A stretch of DNA of 64,000 nt from Octopus vulgaris (GCA_951406725.2 OX597823.1:87916001-87980000); one strand, 5' to 3'. Shown: positions 28,501 through 41,344, numbered from the stretch's first letter. The notes: generated from the letters alone by a model not told the origin. Translations and numbers: made by a program.

Positions 28501-29896
28501 TTTTTTTTTTCTTTTTATGAAATTCTCTTTCAATAACAGGAGCCCTCTTGCATCCAGAAATTAGAATGCATGCTGAAAATTTACGCCAAGACAAAAAGTA
28601 ATATGGGAGTAAAAATCACTTCTACTGTTAGACTCAGCTAACTCTCAATAAAAGGAATCTAAAATATGGTTCAAACAGTTCAAAGGTATTAATTCATCAG
28701 TTACTGCAGTTAATTCTACAAGAAAATATCGCTCTTTAAGAATATACCCTACCACTACCATCACCACCATTACCAGCAACCATTCAAAAATTTGGACCTG
28801 GAGATCTCCATTTCCAGCAACTACAAGGGCCACCACCCAGTGGTGTCGTGTGTGAACGAAGAGCCCTCGATTACAAGACAACCAAAGTTTTACTTTTTTC
28901 CAAGGTCTGGGGTTTCCCGCACCTAAGCCCTAGACCATCGCCTAATCACCCTTACCCGTCTTGTTGCTTAACAACAACAACAGCACCACCAGCACTATGA
29001 ATCATAGAAGAGTATCAACACAAATGGTTTTCAAAAAGCCATATTGAAAATCAGAATCTAAAACTTATATTATTTCTAGATTTAGCTTAGATTTCGATAA
29101 AATCCATTTAGTCGAAATGATGCACATACTCAAGGAGGATGCTATCCAATGTACCACCATAGACGCAATCGACTCTCTCCAGGAAGCTGAAGTGGCTCAG
29201 GTTCTATACGCTAATGGGTGTATAGATTTATTTCAGATATTAGTGAGAGTACTACAAGGTTACATGCATGAAAATTTCTTGTTCAATATGACCGTGGACA
29301 ACATATAATAAATACAGAAGAAATAGGTTTCCAAGTAGCACTTTAAAAAGAGAACAGCATTATGCTACTCCTATTTTTGTCGATATAGAAATGTATATAT
29401 ATAGAAAAGATAGTTTTTTTTTCTAATTCTATGAAGGATGTTTGTTTACTACTGCAACGCGTTGAGGAAACCACAAAAAATGTTCGGACGGTGTGACTGA
29501 GTTTATGGCTTTCAACCAACGAAAGCAACACACAATATATAGTCAAATTGTGCGAAGTGGAAATCTAAACTAAGTTCTTAGAGGAACTTAAAAATCATAG
29601 TGATATATGGATCGGAATGCTGGACACGTATAAAAGTAATATAAAATCTACTAAATAGACAAATATACCAGGATGTTAAAGAAAGTGGAGAGCAACTATT
29701 TAAAGTGACATATACTGCGGAGTAAGTTATGTGAAAGTACATCTTTATTTACCGAAAACATCAAACAGAACAGAATAGGTTTAAATAAATTCTCCAAAAT
29801 GTCTGTTTACTCCACAATAATTTTAGCAGTCCTGACTTTGTTTACTTTTCATAGTTGGCTACATTAGTATATACATGCATACATACATACATACAC

Positions 29897-29938
<42 letters not shown>

Positions 29939-30116
29939 AAGCAAAATAGTTCATGTACGCATACATACAGAAGTGTATATACATACACACGGCACCCCCT
30001 CCCATTTATATATTTATAGATATATATATAACATCATAATATAGGGGTGCTGAGTATACATCTATATTTCTATATGTATGCGATATGAACGATAGTATGT
30101 ATTTTACTATACACAT

Positions 30117-30151
<35 letters not shown>

Positions 30152-30924
30152 CAAACATATACAGATAAATCGATCGATCGATACATAGATAGATAGGTAG
30201 ATAGATAGAGAGATAGATAGACATAGATAGATAGATAGATATGCATATATGAGAGAGCATATGTTAGTTTGAGTAACTTGATATCGATAACCAAACGGTT
30301 CCACTATCGAAACTGTAACGTAATGCATATGAATCAAACTGACAAGCTATTGCTAAAATTCCATAATGTTTGAAAGCATTTGTGAGAATAAGAGTAAACA
30401 CGCCATTAATAGTCTGTTATATCCTACCAAATTAAATAACACAACGGAGCTAAAAAAATACAATGATGTGGTTGCTACAAAATTCGTTTCTTTCAACAAA
30501 AATTTTAGTAAGCATCATCTGACAGATTTTTGTGGAATTGTTATGGCATGTGGAAACTTTATACACACACACACATGCTTATATATACATATGTGTGTAT
30601 ATATATATAGACATACATATATGTATGTATGTAAATATTTTACATACATATATGTGTCTATATATTAAGTGAACTTATACGCATATGCTGTGGTGTGTGT
30701 GTGTAGACACGTGGCTTACTGATTTGGGCCTTGCACTCATGATTATAAGTGTGCGGTTTCGATTTGATGCCTATGTATGTATGTGTATGTGTGTATGTAA
30801 GCATGTGCGTGTATGTTTCACTGTGTGTGTGTGTATGCATGATTGTATATAACTCTGTTTCCATGGGTCTGTATCTGTTTACATGCATCTCTGTATATTA
30901 TAATATCAATATGCCACAAATTGA

Positions 30925-31132
30925 TTTCAAATTTTGGGTCCAGACCAGCAATGTTGAGGCAGGGGCTAAGTCAAATTATATGGACCCCGATGCTCAACTC
31001 GTACTTATTACACTGTTCCCGGAGTATGAAGGGCAAAGCTGACCTCGGCGGGATTTGAACTCACAACGTAAATATTAACGAAATGCCGCTAACCCAAATC
31101 CTAACCCTAATGATTGTTGCAGGTCTCCGCCT
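30925..31132 (-). mobile_element. SINE family A, old diverged copy
   Basis: ggagtatgaagggcaaagctgacctcggcgggatttgaactcacaacgta...aaatgccgctaa. Confidence 0.7.
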
Positions 31133-31244
31133 TTACTAAATATTAATACACTATAAAACCATATATATATATATTAATAAATATATGGGTAGACGAAATA
31201 AGCATTTCGCCTGGCATGCTAACGTTTCTGCCAGCTCGCTGCCT

Positions 31245-31560
31245 TTAGCCTTCGGCTAATGTCTTCTGCTATAGCCTTAGCCGACCAAACACTTGTGAGT
31301 GGATTTGGTAGACGGAACCTGAAAGAAGCTCTTCGTATTATATATATATATATATATATTTGTGTGTCAGTGTTTATTCCCCTCACCATCACTTGACAAC
31401 CGATGTTGGTGTGTTTATGTCTCCGTAACTTGCTGGTTCGGCAAAATAGACTGGTAGAATAAGTACTAGGCTTACAAAGTCCTGGGATCGATTTCTTCGA
31501 CAAAAGACGGTGCTCCAGTATGGCCGCAGCTAAATGAGTCAAACAAGTAAAATAAATAAA
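31245..31560 (+). mobile_element. SINE family C, 5'-truncated, abutting an inverted family A head (31187-31245)
   Basis: tatagccttagccgacc...gtgagtggatttggtagacgg...ggtgctccagtatggccgcagc...aaacaagtaaaa(taaa)n. Confidence 0.85.
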
Positions 31561-31563
31561 TAA

Positions 31564-31609
<46 letters not shown>

Positions 31610-31670
31610 GTGAGTCTATGTGTGTCTACAAGTATATGTATATATATATGTGTGTGTCTGTGTTTATGCA

Positions 31671-31716
<46 letters not shown>

Positions 31717-32089
31717 AGAATATGTGTGTGTATGTATGTATATTTATTCATATGAGTGATCATATATTCATGTATGTTTATGCATGAAAGCTTCATGCAT
31801 TTGTATGCAACAATACGTCTACAAATCCCGTTCTATAAATCTGTGTCTTTTCTAGTGTATTGCGCAAGTATGTTCATGTGTGCGCATGTGTATGAGTCCG
31901 TGTGTCCACGTGAGATTTTGGAAAAAGAAACATTTATCATTTGCTTGGTTTAAAAGAAAGAAAAAAACAGAATCATGTAAATCTTAGCTATGTTATTACA
32001 TTATCTCTACAATTATCGCCTAATACGTTACACAGAAAAATAAATGTACCACAAAAGAAAATCACCATCTTCTTTATATTATTATCAAC

Positions 32090-32405
32090 GATAATCATCA
32101 TCATCATCATTATTATTATTACTATTATTATTATTATTTTATCATTATTATTACTACTACTACTATTCCTATTTTATCATTATTATTACTACTATTATTA
32201 CTATTATTATTTTATCATTATTATTATTACTACTACTACTATTATTATTACTATTATTATTTTTATCATTATTATTATTACTACTACTACTACTATTATT
32301 ATTACTATTATTTTTTTTATCATTATTATTAATACTACGATTATTATTATTATTACTACTACTGCTTCAATTATTATTATTTTTAATATTATTATTATTA
32401 TCACT
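32090..32405. repeat. Compound (TAT)n/(TAC)n trinucleotide repeat
   Basis: Recurring tttttatcattattattattactactactact; source of the 241-aa Ile-rich pseudo-ORF. Confidence 0.95.
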
Positions 32406-33059
32406 AATGGCTTCGTCGTTGTCATCGTTGTTATTGTTGTTTTTCTTCTTGTCCTTCTTCCTCTTCTTCCCATTATTACAACTATCATTAATAGAAGTCG
32501 CAGCAGTGGTTGTAGCAGTAGTAGTTGTAATACGAGGCGGAGGGGGAGGTATATTGTTATTAATATTTTTATTTTATTTTTTCGCTTCTTCACATCGTCT
32601 TGTTTCTTAACTACATTGTTTGTTCCCCGTTTCTTTTTCTTCCTATCACACATTCACTATAAATAATAACATACCAATCTATTCTGCTTTTTAGTAATCT
32701 GTCATTGTTATGTCTTGTATTTGTCGCCTTCATGGAAATAAAAAAATACATAAAGAAAATCCTGATCGTCCTTGTTTCTGCTTTTCTTATTTTATGTTAT
32801 GAATGTTGATTCTTTATTTTCACTATGGCCATTATTATGATCTGTTATTATTATTATTATCCTTATTATTATTATGACTGTAATAGAAATGATTATTATT
32901 ATTATTATTATCATTATTATTATTATGACTGTAATAGAAGTGATTATTATTGTTATTATTATTAGTAGTAGTAGTAGTGTTATTATGCCTATAATAGAAA
33001 GGAATATTATTATTATCATTAATCCCCGGCGTTGCTAGGTATTAAAATGGCATAGCTAT

Positions 33060-33349
33060 TTTCTTATTGCTTTACTTGTTTCAGTTACTTGGCTACGGCC
33101 ATGTGAGAACGCCGCTTTTAATCGAATAAATCGACCCCAGGACATATTCTTTGTAAGCCTATTATTTATTTTATCGGTTTTTTTGACGAACCACTAATTT
33201 ACGGGGACGTAAACACAGCAATATCGTTTGTCAACCGATGGAAGAGGTACAAAGACACACAGACAAATATACACATATATACGACATTCTTCTTTCAGTT
33301 TCCATGTACGAACTCCACTCACAAGGCTTTGATTGGCCTGAGGCTATAG
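33060..33349 (-). mobile_element. SINE family C (3' portion)
   Basis: Reverse-complement match to 31245-31560. Confidence 0.85.
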
Positions 33350-33354
33350 CATAT

Positions 33355-33610
33355 ATTTGCTTGTCAACCACACGGTTCCGGGTTCAGTCCTAATGCCTGG
33401 CACCTTCGGCAAGTGTCTTCTTCTACAGACTCGGGACGACGAAAGTCTTGGAATTCGATTTGGCAGACGGACACTGAAAGAAGCCCGTCGTATATATGTA
33501 TGTATGTGTGTGTGTGTGTGTTTATGTGTGTAAATTTGTGTGTGTGCCTGTGATTGTACGCCACCATTGCTTGACAATCGATGTTAGAGTGTTTACGTCC
33601 TGAAACCAAT
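33355..33610 (+). mobile_element. SINE family C (head and middle)
   Basis: caaccacacggttccgggttcagtcc...ggcaccttcggcaagtgtcttc...gaaagaagcccgtcg(tatg)...gcttgacaatcgatg. Confidence 0.85.
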
Positions 33611-33618
33611 TGTTCTCT

Positions 33619-33652
<34 letters not shown>

Positions 33653-33659
33653 AGTACTC

Positions 33660-33900
33660 TATCATTCTTTTATTGATCTGTGTGTTACAGTCATTTGACT
33701 GCGGCCATGCTGGAGTACCACCATTTGCCGAATAAATCCACCCCAGGACTTATTTTTTGTAAGCCTGGTACTTATTCTATCGGTCTCTTTTGCCGAACCA
33801 CTAAATTGTGACGATATAACCTCTCCAACATCGGTTATCAAGCGATGGTGGCGTACAATCACAGACACACATACAAATTTACACACACACACATACATAT
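33660..33900 (-). mobile_element. SINE family C (3' portion)
   Basis: cagtcatttgactgcggccatgctggag...tatcggtctcttttgccgaacc...caagcgatggtggcgtacaatcacagacac. Confidence 0.85.
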
Positions 33901-34043
33901 ATATATGTACATATATATATACATACACATATATATACGTATATATATATGCATACATGTATATATTTATACATAATGACACTATTAAAAAGGAAAAAAT
34001 AAAAGTGAATATATTTATAATTATTACTCCGTCGAAGGTTGTT

Positions 34044-34089
<46 letters not shown>

Positions 34090-34166
34090 AAGATAGATAT
34101 ACATACACACACACACACATATATATATATACACACACACACACGCACATATATACATACACACAC

Positions 34167-34200
<34 letters not shown>

Positions 34201-34318
34201 TAGATTCGATCTAATGAATTATCCCCTTCCGTCAAATTTCAAGCTTTGTTCCTATAAGAGAAAGGATTATTATTATTGTTGTTTTTGTTGAGTGAGAGAT
34301 AACATGTGTGTGTATTTT

Positions 34319-34860
34319 CATTGGCTCTTATGCCGTAAATACCAATATGCAGCAACAGGGAACTGGCATGAGCATGTAACAAGTGAAGTTTTGCAGGAGG
34401 AGGGAAAAGCAACGATACTCTGGGACTATGATTTTTAGACGGATCGTGTACTCGAACACCGTCGGCCGGATATTGTCATATTGCATAAGAGACACAAATA
34501 CTGTGATATCAGTGATGTAGCCATACTAACTGACCTGAATGTTGTGATAAATCACCAAGTACTCCAAACTGAAAGTGGAATTGGCAATACTGCATGGAAC
34601 GCGAGAGTGTAATGTAAAAGTGATACCAGTGGCGATCGGAGCGCTGAGCTCAATTTCATTGAAACTTCAAAACATCTGAATGCAACTGAATTCCCATGCA
34701 AGAATTCCCATGCAAAAGGCAGCCTTATTGGGCAAAGCGCACATCTTAAGGAAAGTATTATCTGTCTTAGGTCCTTGTTGTGATTTGACGGATGACTGAA
34801 GACTCCGGTGCATTTTACCTAAACTCCGTTACGAAGGATTAATAATAATAGTAATAATAA
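34319..34860 (+). mobile_element. 3' end of a non-LTR retrotransposon with a restriction-like endonuclease (R4/Dong-type), with (TAA)n tail
   Basis: HWLLCRKYQYAATGNWHEHVTSEVLQGEGKATILWDYDF*TDRVLEHRRPDIVILHKRHKYCDISDVAI, then (frameshifted) VKVIPVAIGAL...MQKAALLGKAHILRKVL: PD..D REL motif. Ends in aataataatagtaataataa. Confidence 0.85.
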
Positions 34861-35100
34861 CAGCAGTAGGCCGATCTTAGGAACTTTTGTTTTCCAGCAG
34901 TCTAATCTGTTGTATATATATAATAGCATCGTGACGCGTAATCACGGAGGTATGAGTTCGAGTCTCATTTTTCTGCAAAATTGGGTCAGCTTATCCTGTT
35001 CAGGCTATATTATTAGCATTATCCTCTATTTGAGAATTGAAAATCACTTCTTTCGATTAATAATAATAATAATAATAATAATAAAATTAATAATAATAAA

Positions 35101-35646
35101 TGCTCTGATGCAGTACCAGGTAGTTGCTCTCGTGGCTGCTGATCTTATCTGATTGGAAGTGTTATCATGTACATTGTTTTGTCTTGGTATAAAAGCAAAT
35201 ATTCTGCTCAATACCACAGATTTGGTTGTCAGTTGTTTGATCTTAACCAGTCGAGCATGTTCCTTAGTGGCTGACTATATGTGCATCTGTGATCACGAGC
35301 AGAAGTAGTGGGGGAGCATCATAGCCATGTGTTGAAAGTGCTTCTTTGGGGTTTGAATAATTCAGTTCTGGAAACATGGGTATTTCTTCCAATTTCCTTA
35401 AACAACCCTTATTCAGGGACCTTTTGAGTGGGATTGGCTACTTGACCGGGAGAAAATTCTAACTGGGCCCCACCTGCACGGTCATGTGCTGTTTATCTTG
35501 ATATGAGATCCCCATGTCGCTCACATATGGTTGTGATGCATGTGCCTAGTGTACCCTTATCAGTCGGGTAGTCATGATGGGTATACTGCGCTTCGTATAT
35601 TTTACCCCAGTGTCACTTTGATGGCATGCACTGCTCTCTTACTCAA
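35101..35646 (+). mobile_element. ~545-bp non-coding element embedded in (TAA)n, copy 2
   Basis: tgctctgatgcagtaccagg...gcactgctctcttactcaa, flanked by (TAA)n; colinear with the reverse complement of 22329-22839. Confidence 0.85.
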
Positions 35647-35689
35647 TGATAATAATAGCAAGAACAACAATGATAATGTTGTAGTACAG

Positions 35690-35850
35690 GAACAAGGTCT
35701 AAAATGTTACGGTATGCTGGGCAGGCTTGAAATTTCAGGGGAGAGTACTTATCGATAACATCGACACCAGCGTTTGACTGGATCTTGATTCATTCATCCA
35801 GAATGGAGGAAATGCAAAGCTAACCTCGGAAGAATTTGAACTCAGATTCT
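35690..35850 (-). mobile_element. SINE family A, diverged partial copy
   Basis: cgataacatcgacaccagcg...gcaaagctaacctcggaagaatttgaactcaga. Confidence 0.6.
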
Positions 35851-36360
35851 GTGTTTACAGAAATAGCATCAATGACAAGACCATTATGTACAAATATATG
35901 AAAATGTTTAGAGAAGTGTAAACAAGCAATGAAGATAAGCTGGATATTTAATATCAACTGAAAAGACGAGTCACAATCTTAAGCTTGATGCGCAATGGTT
36001 TATATTCAAGCTTATTACAGGAGATGATGGATGACTTTGGATATGGAAAACTAAGTGCAGTTCTCGGCAGCTAACAACCGGTTTCTAGGCGAGGAAGAGA
36101 AGTCTGTCTCGATTAGCTGGAAGGGTTTTAAATCGATAAAGACACGATCTTTTCTAATCCGTTGCCATGGGATGACATTTTTCAGTACTTTTATGATCTG
36201 GAAAATTCTAATTGTGACATGCCACTTCCACAGAAGTAAGAATTTCAAGAATAAGTAATTGGCATAGAAAACCATTGTGATAGATTTTGTATTGGCAAAT
36301 GCATCGTTCCCACTGATTTTCTATAACGTAACTCTATCAAGAAAAATGTGGTGTACATTC

Positions 36361-36540
36361 TTTTCTAATCTAGGCAAAAGGCCCGTAATTTTGGAGGAGG
36401 GGCCAGTGGAGTAGATCGATCCCAGTCTTTAACTGGTACTTAATTTATTGACCCTGAAAGGATGATAGGCAGAGTCGACCTCGCCGGAACCGCTAAGCAT
36501 TTCGTCCAGCGTGCTACCGATTCTGCCACATCGCCGCCTT
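36361..36540 (-). mobile_element. SINE family A, alternative-tail variant with internal deletion
   Basis: ttttctaatctaggcaaaaggccc tail, central domain and head ...tcgccgcctt; B-box region missing. Confidence 0.8.
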
Positions 36541-37124
36541 AATATGGTGTACAGTGAAATAGTCAAAATACTTGGGGAAACTTGAAAAGGCAGACACAAT
36601 AAAAATAAAAATGTCATGTCAATCCGATAGCACATGGGTCCTTTGCAACAATGTGGACAATCAACAAATTAGTTTGGCCAGTGATCCCCAATCTGCTATA
36701 ACACTCTGCGACTTAACGCATTCAACTTAAAGAACAATTTTCGAAGACAACTATATGATCGCACATATGGAAGAGGTTATGAAGATGGTATTACAACAAA
36801 GCACACATGAAAGTTTTCAATTAGAATTCAAGGGTTAAGCTGCTTCCGTCGCGCCTATTCATCGCTTGTAATGGAGGCTATTGTGAGTAGTACTTCTATA
36901 TTGCAGAATTGTTACTCAGACGATTTGTGCAATTTTAACGCGCTAGATGTTTAAATCAATAATCTCTCTAATTTTACATTACATTCTGTGCAACCATAAT
37001 GAGTGAGTGAATGAGTGAGTGTGTATGTGTATGTGTGTGTATGTGTATATATAAACCTCGCCATCGTAACTGACGGAATGCCGTCAAGTATGTATGTATG
37101 TATGTATGTATGTATGTATATATG

Positions 37125-37770
37125 TCAGGTCACTGGTAACATGTAACCCAGTACAACCTGGTGCGTGGTCGGGCCGTCAGCGACTAAACAGGCAACTCCA
37201 GCAAGCTTGCTTGGTGAGGAGGATGTTTATTGGACACCCTGCGGGATGAAAAACAAAACCCGTCAAAGGGCGGAGAAACTCTTGGGAGCCAACGGCCATC
37301 CAATAAATGTGTAATTTTCTTTTTTTTAAGGCTTAAGATGGTAACATAGAAGTAATCGGACTGAATACCCGATCGCGCGGTTAAACCATTCGAAGTGAAG
37401 GACTTCTAGCCTTTGTTAGGGCATCTTTCTAGGAGAAGGTAACTCAGGTAACTGGGATAACTCCGACATAAAACCTGCGGCTCAGTGGTTACCGATGATG
37501 TTGACTTGTTATTCTTTTCGGATTATGGCTGCTGTTGCTTAGTGAGTGGGATTGACTCAGTGCACATCCTTTCCTCACTTTGAAAAAATCTTCTTGCACA
37601 GGCATTGCACGATAACAACATTGTTCATGATTGTTGATGGTGCTCTGAGTCTCAACTGAATGGCTGGCTGTAGCCGTAAAAAGCAAATAAAAGTCACATT
37701 CGATCACAGCACCAATAACAGTTAAGCTTCGTGCAATGGCCATACTCGATAACGAGGGGGAAGCCATCAT
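37125..37770 (+). mobile_element. Non-autonomous RTE-derived element (5'UTR-like region plus 3' tail) inside (TATG)n
   Basis: GC-richer 650-bp block between (TATG)n tracts. Contains ggcatctttctaggagaaggtaactc (similar to an RTE 5'UTR motif), and its 3' terminus tggccatactcgataacgagggggaagccatc resembles the terminus at 40932-40965. Confidence 0.6.
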
Positions 37771-38943
37771 GTATATATGTATGTATGAATGAATGAATGT
37801 ATGTATGTATGTATGTATGTATGTATGTATGTATGTATGTATGTAGTTTCATCTCGGTGAAAATCAACATTGCTTTCGGTTTATATCCCTCTCAGAACTT
37901 CCTTTTCCTTTTTTCAAATTGTCAATTCGTTGTATTGTCTCGTCGTGTAACGTCAAGTTTTCCTGCTCTTCATTATCTTTTTCTGAAGGAGTTTACTAAA
38001 CTTGATCTGGTTGGTGGCTAACAATATCAATTAGCAAATGATTACTAGTTAATGTGAATTAGAGGAAATAATTACTAACAGTCCAGAATAAAGCAGTTTC
38101 TTTTTGCTGCTAAAATTTGTTAATGAATGTGATATCTAATTAAAATCGAAGGTGAATTATAAATAAAATATATGTATATTTTTATACGTGTTACAGGAAT
38201 AACAAATTTGTCAGTTGTTTGTCCGTTCTGTAATTTACTAGTCGGTGAATGTCGGTCAATTAGTATATCGGAGTGGATGAATGTTCTTTCGGCTATATAT
38301 ACACTCGGTCAGTTACACATCGTACAACTATCAGTTGGATAAAATAACCGTTTTATTGGGTAACAGATTTATCCCTGAAATGTCTGTCTGTAAATAACCC
38401 TTTCGTTTAGTATCCGTCAGTCCGTCGGATTGTCAGACACCGGAGTATTGGTTTTATTTAGCCTCCTCGGTAAAGAAACAAGCCGGAAAGCAGGTCTGTG
38501 AATGTAGACTGTAGTCTCTTTGAGAGTGTTCTGCGTCTTATATAAAAAAAATTACTAAGAATAACATTTCTGAAATAAAACATTACAGCCAGCAACGTTA
38601 TATGTTTATTATATATACATTACAAAATTAACAAACCTCTTTTGTTATTTTCAGATATTATTTTCTTTAAGTAAAACCCGACCAGCTTCGAAAGTCAGCA
38701 AATGAGTTATTTTTACGTGTCTATATTGAAAACAGTAATTCCGGTATCGTCAGGAAAAAACATCAAGTCTATGGTGGAACTTACATTAGGTACTTTTGTC
38801 TGGAACGAAGCTGGTAATTTGTGGCGAAAAATCCAGTCTCTGAAATATGTGCAGATGTGAATCTAAGTGATGTCTCGTTTTTCACACAGAATGTTCCAGA
38901 AGAGAAATACTACAGCTAGCGGTCTTTTACGCGTAGGGGCTTG

Positions 38944-39036
38944 CACACACAGAAGCACCCACACACACAAACACAACATACACACACACATGCACAACAT
39001 ACACACACACACAAACACAACACACACACACACACA

Positions 39037-39123
<87 letters not shown>

Positions 39124-39210
39124 CATACATACATATGTACATACATACACAAATAATATACACATATATACGTACACACAAACACACACACACACATATG
39201 TATATGTATA
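38944..39210. repeat. (CA)n-rich compound microsatellite
   Basis: Direct inspection. Confidence 0.95.
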
Positions 39211-39803
39211 AGAAATTACACGACATAGCAATTTTCACTTTTGCAATTTTATAAATGGAATGACTAAACAAGGGTGGGTAATTCTCGCACGATTCAGTGA
39301 TAGTAGTGTTTCACGGTTTTTCTGATGTAACGAGAGATCTGACATATGTCAGAATGACCGACGGCTTTTATCGATAATGAAATACTAGATTCTTTGATTA
39401 CATTTATTGCAATAGACTTTTAGTTTTTTTTTTTTTAACAGAAAGTGATTTAAGACTATCTGGGACAAATTCACACAGCTTAGCGACGTGTAACGTTTAT
39501 ATGCATGTTTCTAGCATCAAGCACATACCATTTTAAACATATACACATAGGTACACATACACAGACATACACACATGCACATACGATAATTTTTTTCTAT
39601 GGGTATACACACACAGATATATATATATATATATGCGTACTTACGAATATGTATGTATATATATATGCAATATGTGCATGCATACATCTATGCATATATA
39701 TATATATATATACAGATAGATAGATTGACAGATATAAATGTATATATATATATATATATATGTAAATTCATATATATATATACATATATATATATATACA
39801 TAC

Positions 39804-39840
<37 letters not shown>

Positions 39841-39865
39841 CATATACATATATATGTGTATGTAT

Positions 39866-39913
<48 letters not shown>

Positions 39914-40109
39914 TCATCTGAGGAGAGTCATTGTGTCTTTATGCCTTATTAACTAAAACATACACCGGTTCGATTTCCACTCAATTTCTTTATATATATT
40001 TTTCTTCGCGATACAAAATTGAAATGCATATGTGTGTGTGTGTGTGTATACACATACACACATACACTCACGCGCGCGTGTATATATATATATATATATT
40101 AACGTGTGG

Positions 40110-40980
40110 AGTGTAGTGAATGATTATGTGCAGACTTGTATGACACATGCATCACTCACGAGAGATTTAAAGAAGGTGAATCTCAATGACCTTCTGTGTA
40201 CGCCCTTTGTGACAGAGCATGCCTTTGTTTTGCTGAGCTGAAATCTCATTTGCGGACTCATGAAAAATGATCCTGGGATGTTTTCGGTTTGAACGGCAGG
40301 TTTTAATATAATTTCTAGGTAACTAAAAAAATTTTAACTTCGTATACTGGTAGAATGTGTTTTTAAAACATCTTTTTCTCTTGGCTTTATTGAGAAAATT
40401 CTATGGTTTCTAAGATATTTGTGAGTTTTTTTTCTTCAATTTCTGCAATTTCAATCGATGACGTCCATTGGGGTAAAAAAAAAACATTCTGTGCCGTATG
40501 AATATGTCCCTCGTTTAAGAAACAGATTGGGTTTATTTACATTTGTGAAGAAAAAATATACCCTTTCCCCCACCCCTAACCCTAAAACAGATTAAAATGC
40601 AATAGATCGATACTAGGGTCATAATTATGGGTGACAATTTCATATGACCCCGCTAGAAAAAACTGCCGTTCAAACCGAAAAGATCCTGATCCTCCACCAA
40701 AAATCCTGCCTATATGTCTGTACACCTTTGAATGCAATGTATGCCAGAAGGTCTGCAAATCTAACGTAGGTCTCAAAAGACATATTAAGATCCACAACGA
40801 TCAGAACTTAACTGCAGCTTTTGGTGGACCAAATCACATATGCAATATATGTGGGTGTCTTTTCAATACAATGTCTGGCTTAAAAAGCTACATCAGATGC
40901 CATGATGGATCTAAGGTGTATATACAGGAGGTGGTCAGACTCTGCATAAGGAGGAGACATCCACCATATACATTCATACA
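40110..40980 (+). mobile_element. 3' end of an RTE-like LINE encoding three C2H2 zinc fingers, interrupted by a MITE
   Basis: Finger 1 (40190-40267) PSVYALCDRACLCFAELKSHLRTHEK. Fingers 2 and 3 after the MITE: FECNVCQKVCKSNVGLKRHIKIH and HICNICGCLFNTMSGLKSYIRCH. These are followed by a short terminus and a (CATA)-like tail. Confidence 0.7.
40276..40686. mobile_element. MITE with 28-bp TIRs and 7-8-bp TSD (Merlin-like)
   Basis: Left TIR ggatgttttcggtttgaacggcaggttt; right TIR aaaactgccgttcaaaccgaaaagatcc. Flanks tgatcctg (40268-40275) and tgatcctc (40687-40694). GG-starting TIRs with a ~8-bp TSD fit Merlin/IS1016. Confidence 0.8.
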
Positions 40981-41344
40981 CAGATAAACCGAAAAGCTCC
41001 GATTTCGGCAACTCGGAGTTACACGTTAGCGATCATCAGCGTGTAAACCGAAGCGGGTTTTCTTTAGAAATGTCTACTGTCTGAGTATACTTTGATGCTT
41101 CAGACATTCATACTAATGTTACCACGAGAACCAGAAATGTGAACGAAACCGTGAGTTTGAAGCATTCTTTTTCGCATATTTCGTTCAGAAATGCTTTTAA
41201 ACAAAGGAACGTAAAAGGTAAGGGTTTTTTCAAACTTTCATTTCACATTTCATAATTATTCTGACAGTGGATATTTCATAAGAAATCTACATTTCTACTG
41301 AGGCCTGTAATTTATCGCCTCTATTGAAACAACAGAGATTTTAT

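Noticed and set aside
27600-29700. Possible old LINE ORF1 remnants (also ~5400-5700, 7380-7560, 9000-9330)
   Set aside because: Only vague peptide resemblance with many stops; cannot be supported without BLASTX.
31089-31110. CCCTAA telomere-like hexamers (also ~40573)
   Set aside because: Only 2-3 imperfect units, internal to transposon copies.
31941-32666. 241-aa Ile/Thr-rich ORF, the longest in the track
   Set aside because: It is the translation of a (TAT)n/(TAC)n microsatellite and has no domain content.
40631-40987. 118-aa C2H2 zinc-finger ORF as a host gene
   Set aside because: It starts inside a MITE, has no TGEKP linkers, its last finger is degenerate, and it is followed by a LINE-like terminus.
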